Shown here in pieces: positions 18,051 through 27,897 of a stretch of 64,000 bases of DNA. The first letter of the stretch is position 1. The number at the start of each line of letters is the position of its first letter. Below the pieces are notes generated by a model. The model saw only the letters and a list, made by a program, of their open reading frames with translations. It was not told where the DNA came from and ran no database searches. Source of the stretch: an uncultured Oscillospiraceae bacterium (lineage in GTDB: Bacteria; Bacillota; Clostridia; Oscillospirales; Oscillospiraceae); contig CALWXH010000002.1 of NCBI GenBank assembly GCA_944385465.1, forward strand, positions 13,569-77,568, in the 5' to 3' direction. The position numbers were made by a program, and so were the translations under genes.

Positions 18051-19856
18051 TCAATCCGCCATCAGGGTCTCCATCTCGTCCAGCAGGGTGCCGAACAGGT
18101 CCAGGGCGTCCTGGATGGGCTGGGGGGAGGACATGTCCACCCCGGCGCCCTTGAGCAGGTCCACCGGGTCCTTAGAGCAGCCGCCGGAGAGGAAGGCCAC
18201 ATAGTCCTTCACGGCGCCCTCGCCCTCCTTCAGGATGCGGCGGGACAGGGCGATGGCGGCGGAGTAGCCGGTGGCGTACTGGTAGACGTAGTAGTTGTAG
18301 TAGAAGTGGGGGATGCGGGCCCACTCCAGGGCGATCTCCTCGTCGGACACCATGTCGGGGCCGTAGTACTTCTCGTTCAGGGCCTTGTACTCCCGGCACA
18401 GCAGCTCGGTGGTGAGAGGGGTGCCCTGGGCGTTGAGCTCGCCCATGCGCAGCTCGAACTCGGCGAACATGGTCTGGCGGTACAGGGTGCCCTTGAACTG
18501 CTCCAGGAAGTGGTTGATGAGCCAGGCCCGCTCCTTCTTGTCGGTGGTGCGTGCCAGCAGGTACTCCATGAGCAGGGCCTCGTTGCAGGTGGAGGCCACC
18601 TCCGCCACAAAGATCACATAGTCCCGGTATACCGGGGGCTGGTTCCGGTTGGACAGGTAGGAGTGGACGGCGTGGCCCATCTCATGGGCCAGGGTGAACA
18701 TGCTGTCCAGGTTGTCCTTGTGGTTGAGCAGCACGTAGGGGTGGCACAGGGCCCCGGCGGAGTAGGCGCCGGACCGCTTGCCCACGTTCTCGTACACGTC
18801 GATCCAGCGGTGGTCGAAGCCCTCCTGGATGATGGCCCGGTAGTCGTCGCCCATGGGGGCCAGGGCCTCGTAGACGGTGTCCTTGGCCTGCTGGTAGGAG
18901 ATGACCTTGTCCGCGCCGGAGACCATGGGGGCGTAGATGTCGTACATGTGGAGCTCATCCACCCCCAGCAGCTTCTTGCGCAGGCGGATATAGCGGTGGA
19001 GCTTGTCCAGGTTGGCGTTCACCGTGTCGATGAGGTTGTGGTACACCTGGGGGGGCACCCGGGTGCCGGCCACGGCGGCGGCCAGGGAGCTGTCATACTT
19101 CCGGGCGGTGGCGAAGAACTGCAGCTGCTTGACCTGGGCGGAGAGGACCGCGGCGGCGGTGTTGCGGATGGTGCCGTAGGTCTTGTAATAGGTTTTGAAA
19201 GCGTTCTCCCGCAGCACCCGATCCTCGCTCATCTGGGTGGGGCCGAAGGAGCCGTCGGACAGGGGAACGGCGTTGCCCTGTCCGTCCACCGCGTCGGGGA
19301 AGGTGAGGTCGGCGTTGGTGAGCTTGCCGTAGATGTCCTCCGGGGCCTGGGCCATCTCCCCGGCGGCGGCCAGCAGCTTCTCCTCCGCGTCGGACAGGAT
19401 GTGCTCCTTCTGGTCCTGGACGATCTGGAAATACCGGCGGTAGAGCTCCAGTTTCGGCTCGTCCCCGTAGAACTGCTCCAGGGTCTCCTGGGGGATCTTC
19501 AGCAGCTCGGGGGTCTCGAAGGACACGGCGCTGCTGATCTCCACATACAGGCTCATCACCTTGCCCACCAGGGCCTGGTTTTCCGCCACCCGGGTGTCCT
19601 GGTCGCCCTTGCGCTGGGCGTAGTTGGCCAGCTCGGTGAGGTGCTCTCCCACCCGCTGCTCCAGCTCCACATATTCATACAGGGTGTGGGCGCTCTCCCC
19701 CAGCCGGCCGGCGTAGCCGGGCAGCTTCTGGGCCAGGGCCCGGGTGGCTTCCAGGTCCTGCTGCCACGCCTCGTCAGAGGGGTAGATGTCGGCCAGGTTC
19801 CAGGTGTCCTCCACCGGGACCTGGCTGCGCTCCGGAATTTTCTTCATATCTGTCAT
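18051..19856 (-). CDS. pepF: oligoendopeptidase F (M3B)
   Basis: 601 aa with HEMGHAVH zinc motif and a typical M3B length and N-terminus. Confidence 0.9.
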   Translation of the reverse strand: MTDMKKIPERSQVPVEDTWNLADIYPSDEAWQQDLEATRALAQKLPGYAGRLGESAHTLYEYVELEQRVGEHLTELANYAQRKGDQDTRVAENQALVGKVMSLYVEISSAVSFETPELLKIPQETLEQFYGDEPKLELYRRYFQIVQDQKEHILSDAEEKLLAAAGEMAQAPEDIYGKLTNADLTFPDAVDGQGNAVPLSDGSFGPTQMSEDRVLRENAFKTYYKTYGTIRNTAAAVLSAQVKQLQFFATARKYDSSLAAAVAGTRVPPQVYHNLIDTVNANLDKLHRYIRLRKKLLGVDELHMYDIYAPMVSGADKVISYQQAKDTVYEALAPMGDDYRAIIQEGFDHRWIDVYENVGKRSGAYSAGALCHPYVLLNHKDNLDSMFTLAHEMGHAVHSYLSNRNQPPVYRDYVIFVAEVASTCNEALLMEYLLARTTDKKERAWLINHFLEQFKGTLYRQTMFAEFELRMGELNAQGTPLTTELLCREYKALNEKYYGPDMVSDEEIALEWARIPHFYYNYYVYQYATGYSAAIALSRRILKEGEGAVKDYVAFLSGGCSKDPVDLLKGAGVDMSSPQPIQDALDLFGTLLDEMETLMAD

Positions 19857-19904
19857 TGCTGTGCCTCCAAAATCAAAGTGTGGGGTGAAAACTCATCGCA
19901 AATC

Positions 19905-19933
19905 ATCATAGCACAACGGAAGGAATAGTACAA
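19905..19933 (-). promoter_or_regulatory. sigma-A type promoter for pepF
   Basis: Minus strand TTGTAC-17 nt-TATGAT. Confidence 0.5.
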
Positions 19934-20078
19934 GACCAGAAAACCAGGGCGCGGGGCGGCGGGACGCCGCCGGATTGTCACCGTTTTGTTGTTGCCTTTT
20001 TCCCGCGGCTGTGATAGGCTGGGAAAAATCCCGGACGGGCAGGCCCGGCCGGGATGGAAACCGCGAGGAGGTGCGACA

Positions 20079-20528
20079 ATGAAATTAGCCGAAGCGCTGC
20101 AGGAGCGGGCTGACCTCAACCGCCAGATCGAGCAGTTGAAGTTCCGCCTGGCCAATAACGCCATAACCCAGGAAGGGGAGGCGCCCGCCGAGGACCCCGG
20201 ACAGCTGCTGGAGAGGCTGGACCGCAGCGTGGCCCGGCTGGAGGAGCTGATGGCCGCCATTAACCTGGCCAACTGCCGTACCGTGGTGGACGGCATGACG
20301 TTGACCCAGCTCATCGCCCGGAAGGACTGCCTGCGGCTGAAAATAGAGGCTTACCGGGAGCTTGCGGAGGCGGCCAGCCAGACCGCCCACCGGGCGACCC
20401 GGTCCGAGATCCGCATCCTCAGCGCCGTGGATGTCAAAGCCATCCAGGCGGATGTGGATGCCATGGCCAAAGAGCTGCGCCTGCTGGACAACAAGCTCCA
20501 GCAGACCAACTGGACCACCGACCTGTGA
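20079..20528 (+). CDS. DIP1984-family (septicolysin-like) protein
   Basis: MKLAEALQERADLNRQIEQLKFRL... helical protein of 149 aa. ATG 20079 behind GAGGAGG. Confidence 0.7.
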   Translation: MKLAEALQERADLNRQIEQLKFRLANNAITQEGEAPAEDPGQLLERLDRSVARLEELMAAINLANCRTVVDGMTLTQLIARKDCLRLKIEAYRELAEAASQTAHRATRSEIRILSAVDVKAIQADVDAMAKELRLLDNKLQQTNWTTDL

Positions 20529-20529
20529 C

Positions 20530-20736
20530 GGGTGGCGGCTGGTAGCCGGCAGTGCGAATGTGATCTCAGCGGCTGAGAATGAGTCCGCAGGTGGCAGCGC
20601 TCACAGGGCAGGCGCCGGGTTCGAATCCCGAGGGAATCGTAATGCCCCGACCGCGCACGACCGCATGGTTATTTTGACTGCGTATCACCCAGCATTGGCT
20701 GCCGGCGAGGGCGGGCACGGGGGCCCGCCGCCCAAA
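20530..20736 (+). ncRNA. candidate structured RNA with a tRNA-like T-arm (unclassified)
   Basis: 5' GGGTGGCGG/GCCGGCAG can pair with 3' CTGCCGGC/CCGCCGCCC. Internal hairpins are TCTCAG-CGG-CTGAGA and GGCGGGC-ACGGGG-GCCCGCC. CCGGGTTCGAATCCCGA looks like a T-arm. A strong hairpin follows at 20744..20784. No coding potential. Confidence 0.3.
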
Positions 20737-20743
20737 GCATGAG

Positions 20744-20784
20744 ACAGCCCGGGGCGTCCGATCCAGACGGACGCCCCGGGCTGT
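20744..20784. terminator. GC-rich 17-bp hairpin between convergent genes
   Basis: ACAGCCCGGGGCGTCCG-ATCCAGA-CGGACGCCCCGGGCTGT, with weak T tails. Confidence 0.6.
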
Positions 20785-20804
20785 GTTGTCAGAAGGGCAG
20801 CGGC

Positions 20805-21632
20805 TCAGCGGGACTGCCGGGCAAATACGTGGATGCGGAAGTCCATGGTCACATCCAGCCGCCCCAGGGCGGCCAGCCGCTCCACCCCCGCCCTGGGGGT
20901 TTTCCAGGCGTAGGGGGTCATGCGGAACAGGTCCAGCAGACTCTGGCTGTCCCGGATGGCCATGGTGCCGGTGACCGGGACGATGTCCAGATAGTCGAAG
21001 CCCGGGTAGGCCACCGCCTCCTCCGGGTTTTCGTAGGGGCGGTCATAGAGGATCTCCTTCAGCTCCAGCAGGTGCCGGGGGGCGGGGACCACGTAGAGGA
21101 ACACCCCCCCGGGGCGCAGCACCCGGCGGTACTCCTCCAGGGCCAGGGGGGCGAAGCAGTCCAGCAGCAGATCCACCGCCCCGTCCCCCACCGGCAGGCG
21201 GTACACCGAGGCCACGGCGAACTCCGCCCCGGGCACCCGGCGGGCGGCCTTTTTCAGCGCCGCCTTGGACAGATCCACGCCGGCCAGGGAACATGATTTC
21301 CCGGCGTTTTGAAGGGCGGAGAAAATACCCTGGGTATAATACCCCTCCCCGCAGCCCGCGTCCAGCAGGGCGCCGCCCGGGGCCAGCCGCTCCGCCGCCA
21401 GCGCGCACAGGGCGTCCCGGAGGGGGGCATACCAGCCGCCGTCCAGAAAGCGGGTGCGGGCGGCGGCCATCTCCCGGTCGTCCCCGGGGTGCTTGGAGTG
21501 TTTCTGGTTGGCGGGCAGCAGGTGGACATACCCCTCCCGGGCCACGTCATAGCTGTGGCGGTTGGGGCAGCGGTAGGCCTGCCCCTCCCGGGTGAGGGGG
21601 GCGGCGCAGATGGGGCAGAGGAACAGGCTCAT
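20805..21632 (-). CDS. rlmA: 23S rRNA (guanine745-N1)-methyltransferase RlmA-like
   Basis: N-terminal Zn ribbon CPICAAPL...YRCPNRHSYD plus SAM motif LLDAGCGEGYY. Confidence 0.8.
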   Translation of the reverse strand: MSLFLCPICAAPLTREGQAYRCPNRHSYDVAREGYVHLLPANQKHSKHPGDDREMAAARTRFLDGGWYAPLRDALCALAAERLAPGGALLDAGCGEGYYTQGIFSALQNAGKSCSLAGVDLSKAALKKAARRVPGAEFAVASVYRLPVGDGAVDLLLDCFAPLALEEYRRVLRPGGVFLYVVPAPRHLLELKEILYDRPYENPEEAVAYPGFDYLDIVPVTGTMAIRDSQSLLDLFRMTPYAWKTPRAGVERLAALGRLDVTMDFRIHVFARQSR

Positions 21633-21645
21633 GGGAGCGCCTCCT

Positions 21646-23265
21646 TCATTTCACCCGGAAGGTCCGGGGGGAGCGGCGGTACACTAAGGTGAGGATGACG
21701 GCGCAGTACACCACCGTCACCGCCAGCACCAGCAGGGCGAACCAGGAGGGGGTGCTCTTGATCTGGATGCAGGCGTAGCACACGATGTACACCGCCAGGT
21801 TGATGCCGGAGAAGAAGGGGTTCTTCACCTGCAGATCGGAGGTGTAGGGCTGGAACAGGTAGTACATGCCCAGGCAGTGGACGGCGAAGAACACCCCCAG
21901 GCACAAAATGGCGGCCAGGAAGATGAGATACTCCCCCACGGGGGGCCGCCCCCCGGCGCACAGGGTGAGCACCGTGAACATGACGCACACCGCCCCGGAC
22001 AGGGCCAGCATGGTGCCGCCCAGCCGGGTGAAGCGCAGCAGGAAGTTCTTCAGCACCACGTCCTCCCGGCGGTACCAGGGGTACTTCAGCATGGCCAGGT
22101 CGCAGTTGTAGAACATGGCCTTGCAGATGCGGGTGCCCACGTTGTTGTCCATGAAGTACAGGAAAAACACGCAGTAGGGCAGGCACCGGGGTACCAGGTC
22201 GAAGGTGGCCGCCGTCTCCTCCCCCCGGAGGAGGAGCAGTGCCACCGCCCCCACTACCGTCACCCCGGCGAGGATGGCCAGCACGATCTTCACCGGCTTG
22301 TACAGCATCCGCCGGTGGCGGCGGAAGAACAGGGCCTGGAGATAGGGCCAGCCGGTGAGCCGGGAATCCCCCTCCGCCGTCAGGTCGCTGTCCTTGAGCT
22401 GCACGTCCCGGAACTGGGAGCCCTTGGCCTTCTCCTTGGCCAGCTCCGGGGAGACTGCCTCCGCCTTGCAGGTGTCCAGCACCAGGCGGTAGTAGTGGGG
22501 GAAGCGGACCATGTACGCCGCGCCCAGAATGCCCAGCACCGCCAGCGCGGCAAAAACCGCCGGGTGGAGCAGCACGTCCTGGGGGCGGCTCTGGGGGAGG
22601 GCCAGCAGGCAGGCGGCGGAGCCCGCCGTGCCCGCGATGGCCATCAGCAGGATGTACCACACCTTGCCGCCCACGCTCGCCCCAGTGCGGCTGTAGATGG
22701 CCAGGTGGAGGCCCTCGGCGGCCAGCCGGACAAAGGCCAGCTCCACGCCGATGACCAGCCCTGCCCAAGGCCCCGCCCCCAGCAGGGCGGTGAGAATCAT
22801 CAGCAGGGGGGTGAAGCCGGCAAAGGCGGCCAGGTGGTGGCCCAGGCCGGTGATCATCTGGTAGCGCCAGGCGTCCATGGCCATCATGCGCACGCAGATG
22901 TACTTCAGCTGGGAGGGGGCCACCGCGTGGGGCACGATCAGGGCGCCGATGAAAAAGCTCATCCACAGGAAGAGCCAGCAGAAGGGGCCCAGGTTGGCCG
23001 CCGTCAGGGTGTCCTGCACCCCGTCCAGGGCCACAAAGGCGGCGATGAGCAGCAGCACCGCCAGATAGATCACCTTGCCCGCGATGGCCTTCAGCACCCA
23101 CCACAGGTTCTGGAGGAGGAACAGGGCGAATTTGCCCTCCCCGGCGGCGTAGAGCCGGTCGGTGAACACCCGGCGCAGCAGGGGCAGGCGGCCCAGCCAG
23201 TAGATCAGCTTGTTGCCCCGGGTGGCGGCGTTGAGGCGGAAGATGGTCCAGGCGTTACTCCTCAT
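21646..23265 (-). CDS. large polytopic membrane protein, putative ABC exporter permease
   Basis: 539 aa and highly hydrophobic. Its start ATG 23265 overlaps the stop of the upstream ATPase by 11 nt. Confidence 0.7.
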   Translation of the reverse strand: MRSNAWTIFRLNAATRGNKLIYWLGRLPLLRRVFTDRLYAAGEGKFALFLLQNLWWVLKAIAGKVIYLAVLLLIAAFVALDGVQDTLTAANLGPFCWLFLWMSFFIGALIVPHAVAPSQLKYICVRMMAMDAWRYQMITGLGHHLAAFAGFTPLLMILTALLGAGPWAGLVIGVELAFVRLAAEGLHLAIYSRTGASVGGKVWYILLMAIAGTAGSAACLLALPQSRPQDVLLHPAVFAALAVLGILGAAYMVRFPHYYRLVLDTCKAEAVSPELAKEKAKGSQFRDVQLKDSDLTAEGDSRLTGWPYLQALFFRRHRRMLYKPVKIVLAILAGVTVVGAVALLLLRGEETAATFDLVPRCLPYCVFFLYFMDNNVGTRICKAMFYNCDLAMLKYPWYRREDVVLKNFLLRFTRLGGTMLALSGAVCVMFTVLTLCAGGRPPVGEYLIFLAAILCLGVFFAVHCLGMYYLFQPYTSDLQVKNPFFSGINLAVYIVCYACIQIKSTPSWFALLVLAVTVVYCAVILTLVYRRSPRTFRVK

Positions 23266-23977
23266 GCTGGCCCTCCCCCTCGTCCCGCAGGATGTCCACA
23301 ATGCGCTGCTCAAATTCCGGGGTGTGGATGAGGGCGGGGTCCACCTCCTCCAGCAGGCCGTGGTTGAGCACCACGATGTCGTCGCACAGGTCGGTGGCCA
23401 GCTGGAGGATGTGGGTGGAGAAGATGAGGATGTGTTCGTCCTTCATCTCCCGCAGCAGGTTTTTCATCTCCAGGGCGGCCACCACGTCGAAGGAGGTCAG
23501 CGGCTCGTCCAGCAAAATCACCGGCGGGCGGCCGATGAGGAAGCAGAGCATCTGCACCTTGTTCTTCATGCCGTGGGAGTAGCCCCGCATGAGCCGGTGC
23601 CGGTCGTCCTTCTCGATGCCCACCAGGGCCAGCCAGTCGTCGGGGGTGCGCCCCGTCTTTCCCGGGTCGCCGGTGATCTCCAGGAAGAACTTGACGAACT
23701 CGTACCCGGTGAGAAATTCCGGCACCACCGGGGTGGACAGCACATAGCCCACGTCCCCCTGGCCCAGGGGGCGGGGGGCCTCTCCGGCCAGGGAGAGGGA
23801 CACGCTGCCGCTGTCCGGGGGGTACTCGGCGGACAGGCAGTTGAACAGGGTGGTCTTGCCGGCGCCGTTGCGGCCCAGCAGGCCGTAGATGCCCTCTTTG
23901 GCAAAGGTGTAGCTGGCCCCCTTCAGCACCTGCTTGGTGCCAAAGGATTTCACCAGGTCCTGCACGATGAGTTTCAT
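23255..23977 (-). CDS. ABC transporter ATP-binding protein
   Basis: Walker A GRNGAGKTT, signature YSHGMKNK and Walker B ILLDEP. ATG 23977 behind AAGGAGG. Confidence 0.9.
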   Translation of the reverse strand: MKLIVQDLVKSFGTKQVLKGASYTFAKEGIYGLLGRNGAGKTTLFNCLSAEYPPDSGSVSLSLAGEAPRPLGQGDVGYVLSTPVVPEFLTGYEFVKFFLEITGDPGKTGRTPDDWLALVGIEKDDRHRLMRGYSHGMKNKVQMLCFLIGRPPVILLDEPLTSFDVVAALEMKNLLREMKDEHILIFSTHILQLATDLCDDIVVLNHGLLEEVDPALIHTPEFEQRIVDILRDEGEGQHEE

Positions 23978-24079
23978 GGGAGACGCCTCCTTGTGGGGGA
24001 ATTTGGTCTGTCTCAGGGTAGCGGATTGCCCCGCCCCTGTCAAGCGGCCCGGGGTTAAGATTTCATGAAGATTTGCCCC

Positions 24080-25252
24080 TCAGCGCTGGAACATGACCTT
24101 CTCGCTGTTGAACATCCGGGTCAGCCCCCACACCCCCAGGGCGGTGTAGGCCAGGTTGCACCCCACGGTGAGGAGCAGATGGGTCCAGTTCAGCTCCAGG
24201 GCGAAGAGGCCCGCCATGGCCTGCACGCTGTTGTAGAAGGGAATGAAGTAGGCCCACAGGTGGGGGCTGGCCCCGCCGCCGAACATGGCGGTGACCCCCA
24301 CCACCATGGCCAGGATCATCAGGGGGGTGACGTAGGTCTGGGCCTCCTTGATGGTCCTGGCGAAGGCGGAGATGAGGGAGATGCAGGCCACGATGAACAG
24401 CACCGTGGACAGGATGATCAGGCACAGGGCCAGATAGTGGACGGGGGTATAGGCGGCCCCCACGCCGCCCTCCATCTGCATCAGGGTGGGCATGGACAGC
24501 AGGGTGCCGATGGTGCTGGACAGCCCGGAGAGCAGGGCGATGATGGACAGCGCGCAGATCTTGCCCAGGGCCAGGTCCCGGCGGCGCAGGGGGGTGATGA
24601 GCAGGGTGGCGATGGTGCCCCGCTCCTTCTCCCCGGCGATGGACTCCGGGGCGGCGGCCATGCAGCCGGAGAACAGGAAGATCATCAGCAGCATGGGCAT
24701 CATGGAGGACATGAGGGTGCCGGCGGTGTCCGCCTGGGTGGCCAGGTCATAGGTGGTGCCGTCCCCGGGGTTGACGTCGAACTTGTTGGACAGGGAGGTC
24801 TCATACCCCTCCAGCAGGGCGGCCATCTGCGCATAGGCCGCGGAGGAGTTCACGCTGGCGGAGTTGTAGTACAGCTCCACCGCCGGGGCGGGGGCGCCGG
24901 AGGTGACGTCATAGCCGGCCACCTGGCCGTCAAAGTCCGGGGGGAACACCGCCAGCAGGTCCAGCTCCTCCTCCTGAATCAGGGCCTTGGCCGCCTCCAC
25001 ATCCTGGGCGGGCTGGATGTCCAGCCCCGCCTGCCCGGCCAGGGCGGAGACGGAGCCGGGCAGGTTCACCGCCTGGACGGCGGGGACGAAATCCTCGTCC
25101 ACGGAGAACTGGCTGGACAGGGCGGAGCCCATGAAGGTGTACACCGCGAAGATGAGCAGGCCGGGGAGCAGGATGGTGGCCAGGGCGGTGCGCTTGTCCC
25201 CGAAGAACCGGGCCAGTTCCTTGCGAAAAATGGTCAGCATTCCGCCTTTCAT
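24080..25252 (-). CDS. ABC-2 type transporter permease (NatB-like)
   Basis: 390 aa, with an N-terminal TM, a large extracytoplasmic loop and a C-terminal TM bundle. ATGA overlap with the upstream ATPase. Confidence 0.8.
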   Translation of the reverse strand: MKGGMLTIFRKELARFFGDKRTALATILLPGLLIFAVYTFMGSALSSQFSVDEDFVPAVQAVNLPGSVSALAGQAGLDIQPAQDVEAAKALIQEEELDLLAVFPPDFDGQVAGYDVTSGAPAPAVELYYNSASVNSSAAYAQMAALLEGYETSLSNKFDVNPGDGTTYDLATQADTAGTLMSSMMPMLLMIFLFSGCMAAAPESIAGEKERGTIATLLITPLRRRDLALGKICALSIIALLSGLSSTIGTLLSMPTLMQMEGGVGAAYTPVHYLALCLIILSTVLFIVACISLISAFARTIKEAQTYVTPLMILAMVVGVTAMFGGGASPHLWAYFIPFYNSVQAMAGLFALELNWTHLLLTVGCNLAYTALGVWGLTRMFNSEKVMFQR

Positions 25253-26028
25253 GCGTCCTCACCCATCCTTTCCACATAGAGGTCGAAGAAGCGGTCCTCC
25301 AAGCTCTTCCCCTGGCACACCTCGTCCAGGGTGCCGCACAGGGCCATGGCGCCGTCGATGATGACTCCCACCCGGTCGCACAGCTTTTCCACCAGGGAGA
25401 AAATGTGGGTGGATACCAGGACGGTCTTGCCCCGGCCCCGCAGCTCCTGGAGGAAGTCGGTGACCACCTTGGCGGTGATCACGTCCAGGCCGTTGGTGGG
25501 CTCGTCGAAGATGATGATGTCCGGGTCGTGGACGATGGAGATGACCAGGGACACCTTCTGCTTCATGCCGGTGGACAGGTCAGCCACCTTCACCTCGGCG
25601 AACCGGTCGATGCCGAAGCGGGAGAACAGGGCCTGCTTCCGCACCCCGCGCACCTCGGCGGGCACCTGGTGCAGGTGGGAGAAGAAGTCGTAGAGGTAGT
25701 TGGGGGTGAAGCAGTCCTCCAGCTTCAGCTCGCTGGTGAGAAAGCCGATGCGCTCCCGCACCCGCTCCGGCTCTTTGACGATGCTGGCCCCGTCCACCAG
25801 GGCGTCCCCGGCGTCGGGCCTGATGAGGGTGGCCAGCATGCGCAGGGTGGTGGTCTTGCCCGCCCCGTTGGGGCCCAGCAGGCCGAAGATCTCTCCCCTG
25901 TGGGCGGTGAAGGACAGGTCGTTCACGGCCACCTTTACCTTCTGCTTGGTCTTTTCAATTTTCTGCTGTTTGGCGGACAGGCGGAAGCTCTTGTGCAGGC
26001 CCCGCACGTCCAGAATGAGGTCAGACAT
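25249..26028 (-). CDS. ABC transporter ATP-binding protein (NatA-like)
   Basis: GPNGAGKTTTLRML, LSTGMKQKV, IIIFDEPTNGLD. Confidence 0.9.
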   Translation of the reverse strand: MSDLILDVRGLHKSFRLSAKQQKIEKTKQKVKVAVNDLSFTAHRGEIFGLLGPNGAGKTTTLRMLATLIRPDAGDALVDGASIVKEPERVRERIGFLTSELKLEDCFTPNYLYDFFSHLHQVPAEVRGVRKQALFSRFGIDRFAEVKVADLSTGMKQKVSLVISIVHDPDIIIFDEPTNGLDVITAKVVTDFLQELRGRGKTVLVSTHIFSLVEKLCDRVGVIIDGAMALCGTLDEVCQGKSLEDRFFDLYVERMGEDA

Positions 26029-26872
26029 GGGATTCAGGCTCCTTTCTCAAAGGGAAAAACAGGGTGCGCAGGCCCTTCCGGGCCAGCAGGCAGGCTACCA
26101 CGCCCACTCCGGCCAGCACCGCCAGTACCACCAGGCCGTTGGCCTGCTCCAGCTGAGGCAGGGTGAGCAGCTGTCCGATGGTGTTGAAAAGGATGTGGGT
26201 GAGAAGGCTGGGCAGGATGGAGCCGGCGCGCCAGGCCATGACCCCCAGCACCAGCCCCAGGCAGAAGGCGTAGCCCATCCACACCGGCTGGCCGTGGCCC
26301 AGGGCGAAGAGGGCGGAGGCGATGAGCACCGCCGGCCAGCCGGGCATGGCCCGGGCCAGGCGGGACTGGACCAGCCCCCGGAAGATCACCTCTTCCGCCA
26401 GGGGGGCCACCAGGGCGGTGGAGACAAAGGGGATCAGGCCGAACTGGGTCAGGGAGGCGGAGGCCTGGGCGTAGTCCTCCAGCCAGGCGGCGGGGAGCAG
26501 GGAGAGCACCAGGGTGACAGCCGCGTAAAACAGGGGGGCGACAGCCGCCCCTGCCGCCGCCATCCCGGCGGGGACGGGGCGCAGCCCCGTCTGCTCCAGG
26601 GGGTGCTTGCGCCGGGCGGCGAAGAAGATCAGCAGGAAGAACAGGGTGAGCAGGTTGGAGACCAGCACCAGCGCGGTGGCGGAGGACTGAACCTGCCGCA
26701 GCAGCGGGAGCAGATCCAGGCCGCCGGTGGCCAGCAGGGCCGCTGAGACCACCGCGAGGACAAAGACCACGCTCACCAGGGCCTGAAAGCCCCAGAACAG
26801 GGCGGCGTAGGCTATGGCCTTGCCCAGGGCGGCCAGCACCCGGGCGGCCCGGGCGGAATTGGTTTCATTCAT
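26021..26872 (-). CDS. CPBP (CAAX/Abi) family intramembrane glutamic endopeptidase
   Basis: Motifs EEVIFRG, FALGH and HILFN. Start at ATG 26872 (MNETNS) behind AAGGAGG. Its 3' end overlaps the ATPase start by 8 nt. Confidence 0.85.
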   Translation of the reverse strand: MNETNSARAARVLAALGKAIAYAALFWGFQALVSVVFVLAVVSAALLATGGLDLLPLLRQVQSSATALVLVSNLLTLFFLLIFFAARRKHPLEQTGLRPVPAGMAAAGAAVAPLFYAAVTLVLSLLPAAWLEDYAQASASLTQFGLIPFVSTALVAPLAEEVIFRGLVQSRLARAMPGWPAVLIASALFALGHGQPVWMGYAFCLGLVLGVMAWRAGSILPSLLTHILFNTIGQLLTLPQLEQANGLVVLAVLAGVGVVACLLARKGLRTLFFPLRKEPESHV

Positions 26873-26889
26873 GGTAAATCCTCCTTGCC

Positions 26890-27684
26890 TCAGAGCAGTT
26901 CTGTACCCGGCCGGTCCAGCCGGATGTTCCAGTAGCTGTAGGTGATCTGGCCCGTCCCCCAGATGAGGCACACCGCCAGGATGGGCAGCAGGCCGGTGCC
27001 CAGGAACAGGGCGGACAGGGTGAAGATGAGCCACAGCGCGCCGCACACCTTGCTCATGGCCAGGAAGGCCTTGTAGGCGCACTGGCCGATGAGGAGCTTT
27101 TCCGCCTCGTCACAGCTATCATACCACTTCTTCTGGAACTTCAGGTCGTAGACAGAGGCGGTCTTTTCCGGGTTGAGGCGTTTGGTGAGGTCCACCACCC
27201 ACTGCTGGAAGAGCAGGCACTCCACCATGGTGACGATGAAGAAGACGGGCACCCCCAGCAGCCCCAAGAGGGAGGGCTCCTCGCTGGTGAGCAGGGGGGC
27301 GGCGTAGGAGGCGCCCATGAGGAACATGGCCGCCAGCATGAAGACGTTGCAGGCCAGCGTGGCCGCGGACAGGGTGCGCTCCGCCCGGGCGGGGACGTCC
27401 TCGTCCTCCCCGTCCCACTGCGTCAGCATCTTTTTGGCGGAGCGGTACGGGGGCAGGACGGCCAGGGGCTGGGCCACGGCACAGCCCAGCAGCAGCCAGG
27501 GGGCGACGGACAGGGAGAAGAACTCGCCGGCCCGCCCCAGGGCCCCGGCCACCCCCTCCAGGCCGAAGGAGGCGGCGCAGTAGCCGAAGGTGCCCCCCAC
27601 CAGGGCGGCGCAGAACATGATGAGCAGGAATTTGGGCAGGGCCCTGCGGTTGGCCTGCCGGATGGCGTCGTTGGACTGGTTCAT
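26890..27684 (-). CDS. DUF3169-like membrane protein
   Basis: 264 aa with 5-6 TM segments, in the usual position directly after a short XRE regulator (ATGA overlap). The family name is recalled from similar operons, not searched. Confidence 0.65.
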   Translation of the reverse strand: MNQSNDAIRQANRRALPKFLLIMFCAALVGGTFGYCAASFGLEGVAGALGRAGEFFSLSVAPWLLLGCAVAQPLAVLPPYRSAKKMLTQWDGEDEDVPARAERTLSAATLACNVFMLAAMFLMGASYAAPLLTSEEPSLLGLLGVPVFFIVTMVECLLFQQWVVDLTKRLNPEKTASVYDLKFQKKWYDSCDEAEKLLIGQCAYKAFLAMSKVCGALWLIFTLSALFLGTGLLPILAVCLIWGTGQITYSYWNIRLDRPGTELL

Positions 27685-27893
27685 GACGGTTCGTCCTCCT
27701 CCAGGATAAAGATGTCCTCCACCTTGGCGTGGCAGATTCTGGCCAGCTTCAGGGCCAGGGTCACCGAGGGGGAGTAGTCCCCCCGCTCAATGAGGCTGAT
27801 GGTCTGGCGGGATACTCCCGCCAGGTGACCCAGCTCCTGCTGGTTCACATCCAGCGCTGCCCGATATTCTTTCAGGCGGTTTTTCAGCGGCAT
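27681..27893 (-). CDS. XRE-family HTH transcriptional regulator
   Basis: LKEYRAALDVNQQELGHLAGVSRQTISLIERGDYSPSVTLALKLARI. ATG 27893 (MPLKN) behind AAGGGA. Confidence 0.88.
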   Translation of the reverse strand: MPLKNRLKEYRAALDVNQQELGHLAGVSRQTISLIERGDYSPSVTLALKLARICHAKVEDIFILEEDEPS

Positions 27894-27897
27894 ACGC

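Noticed and set aside
20600-20650. A possible tRNA gene, based on GGTTCGAATCC.
   Set aside because: Only a T-arm-like stem-loop is present, and it has a C-A mismatch at its base. No complementary 5' acceptor strand (GATTCCC), D-arm plus anticodon arm of correct spacing, or CCA context was found. It is kept only as part of a candidate structured region.
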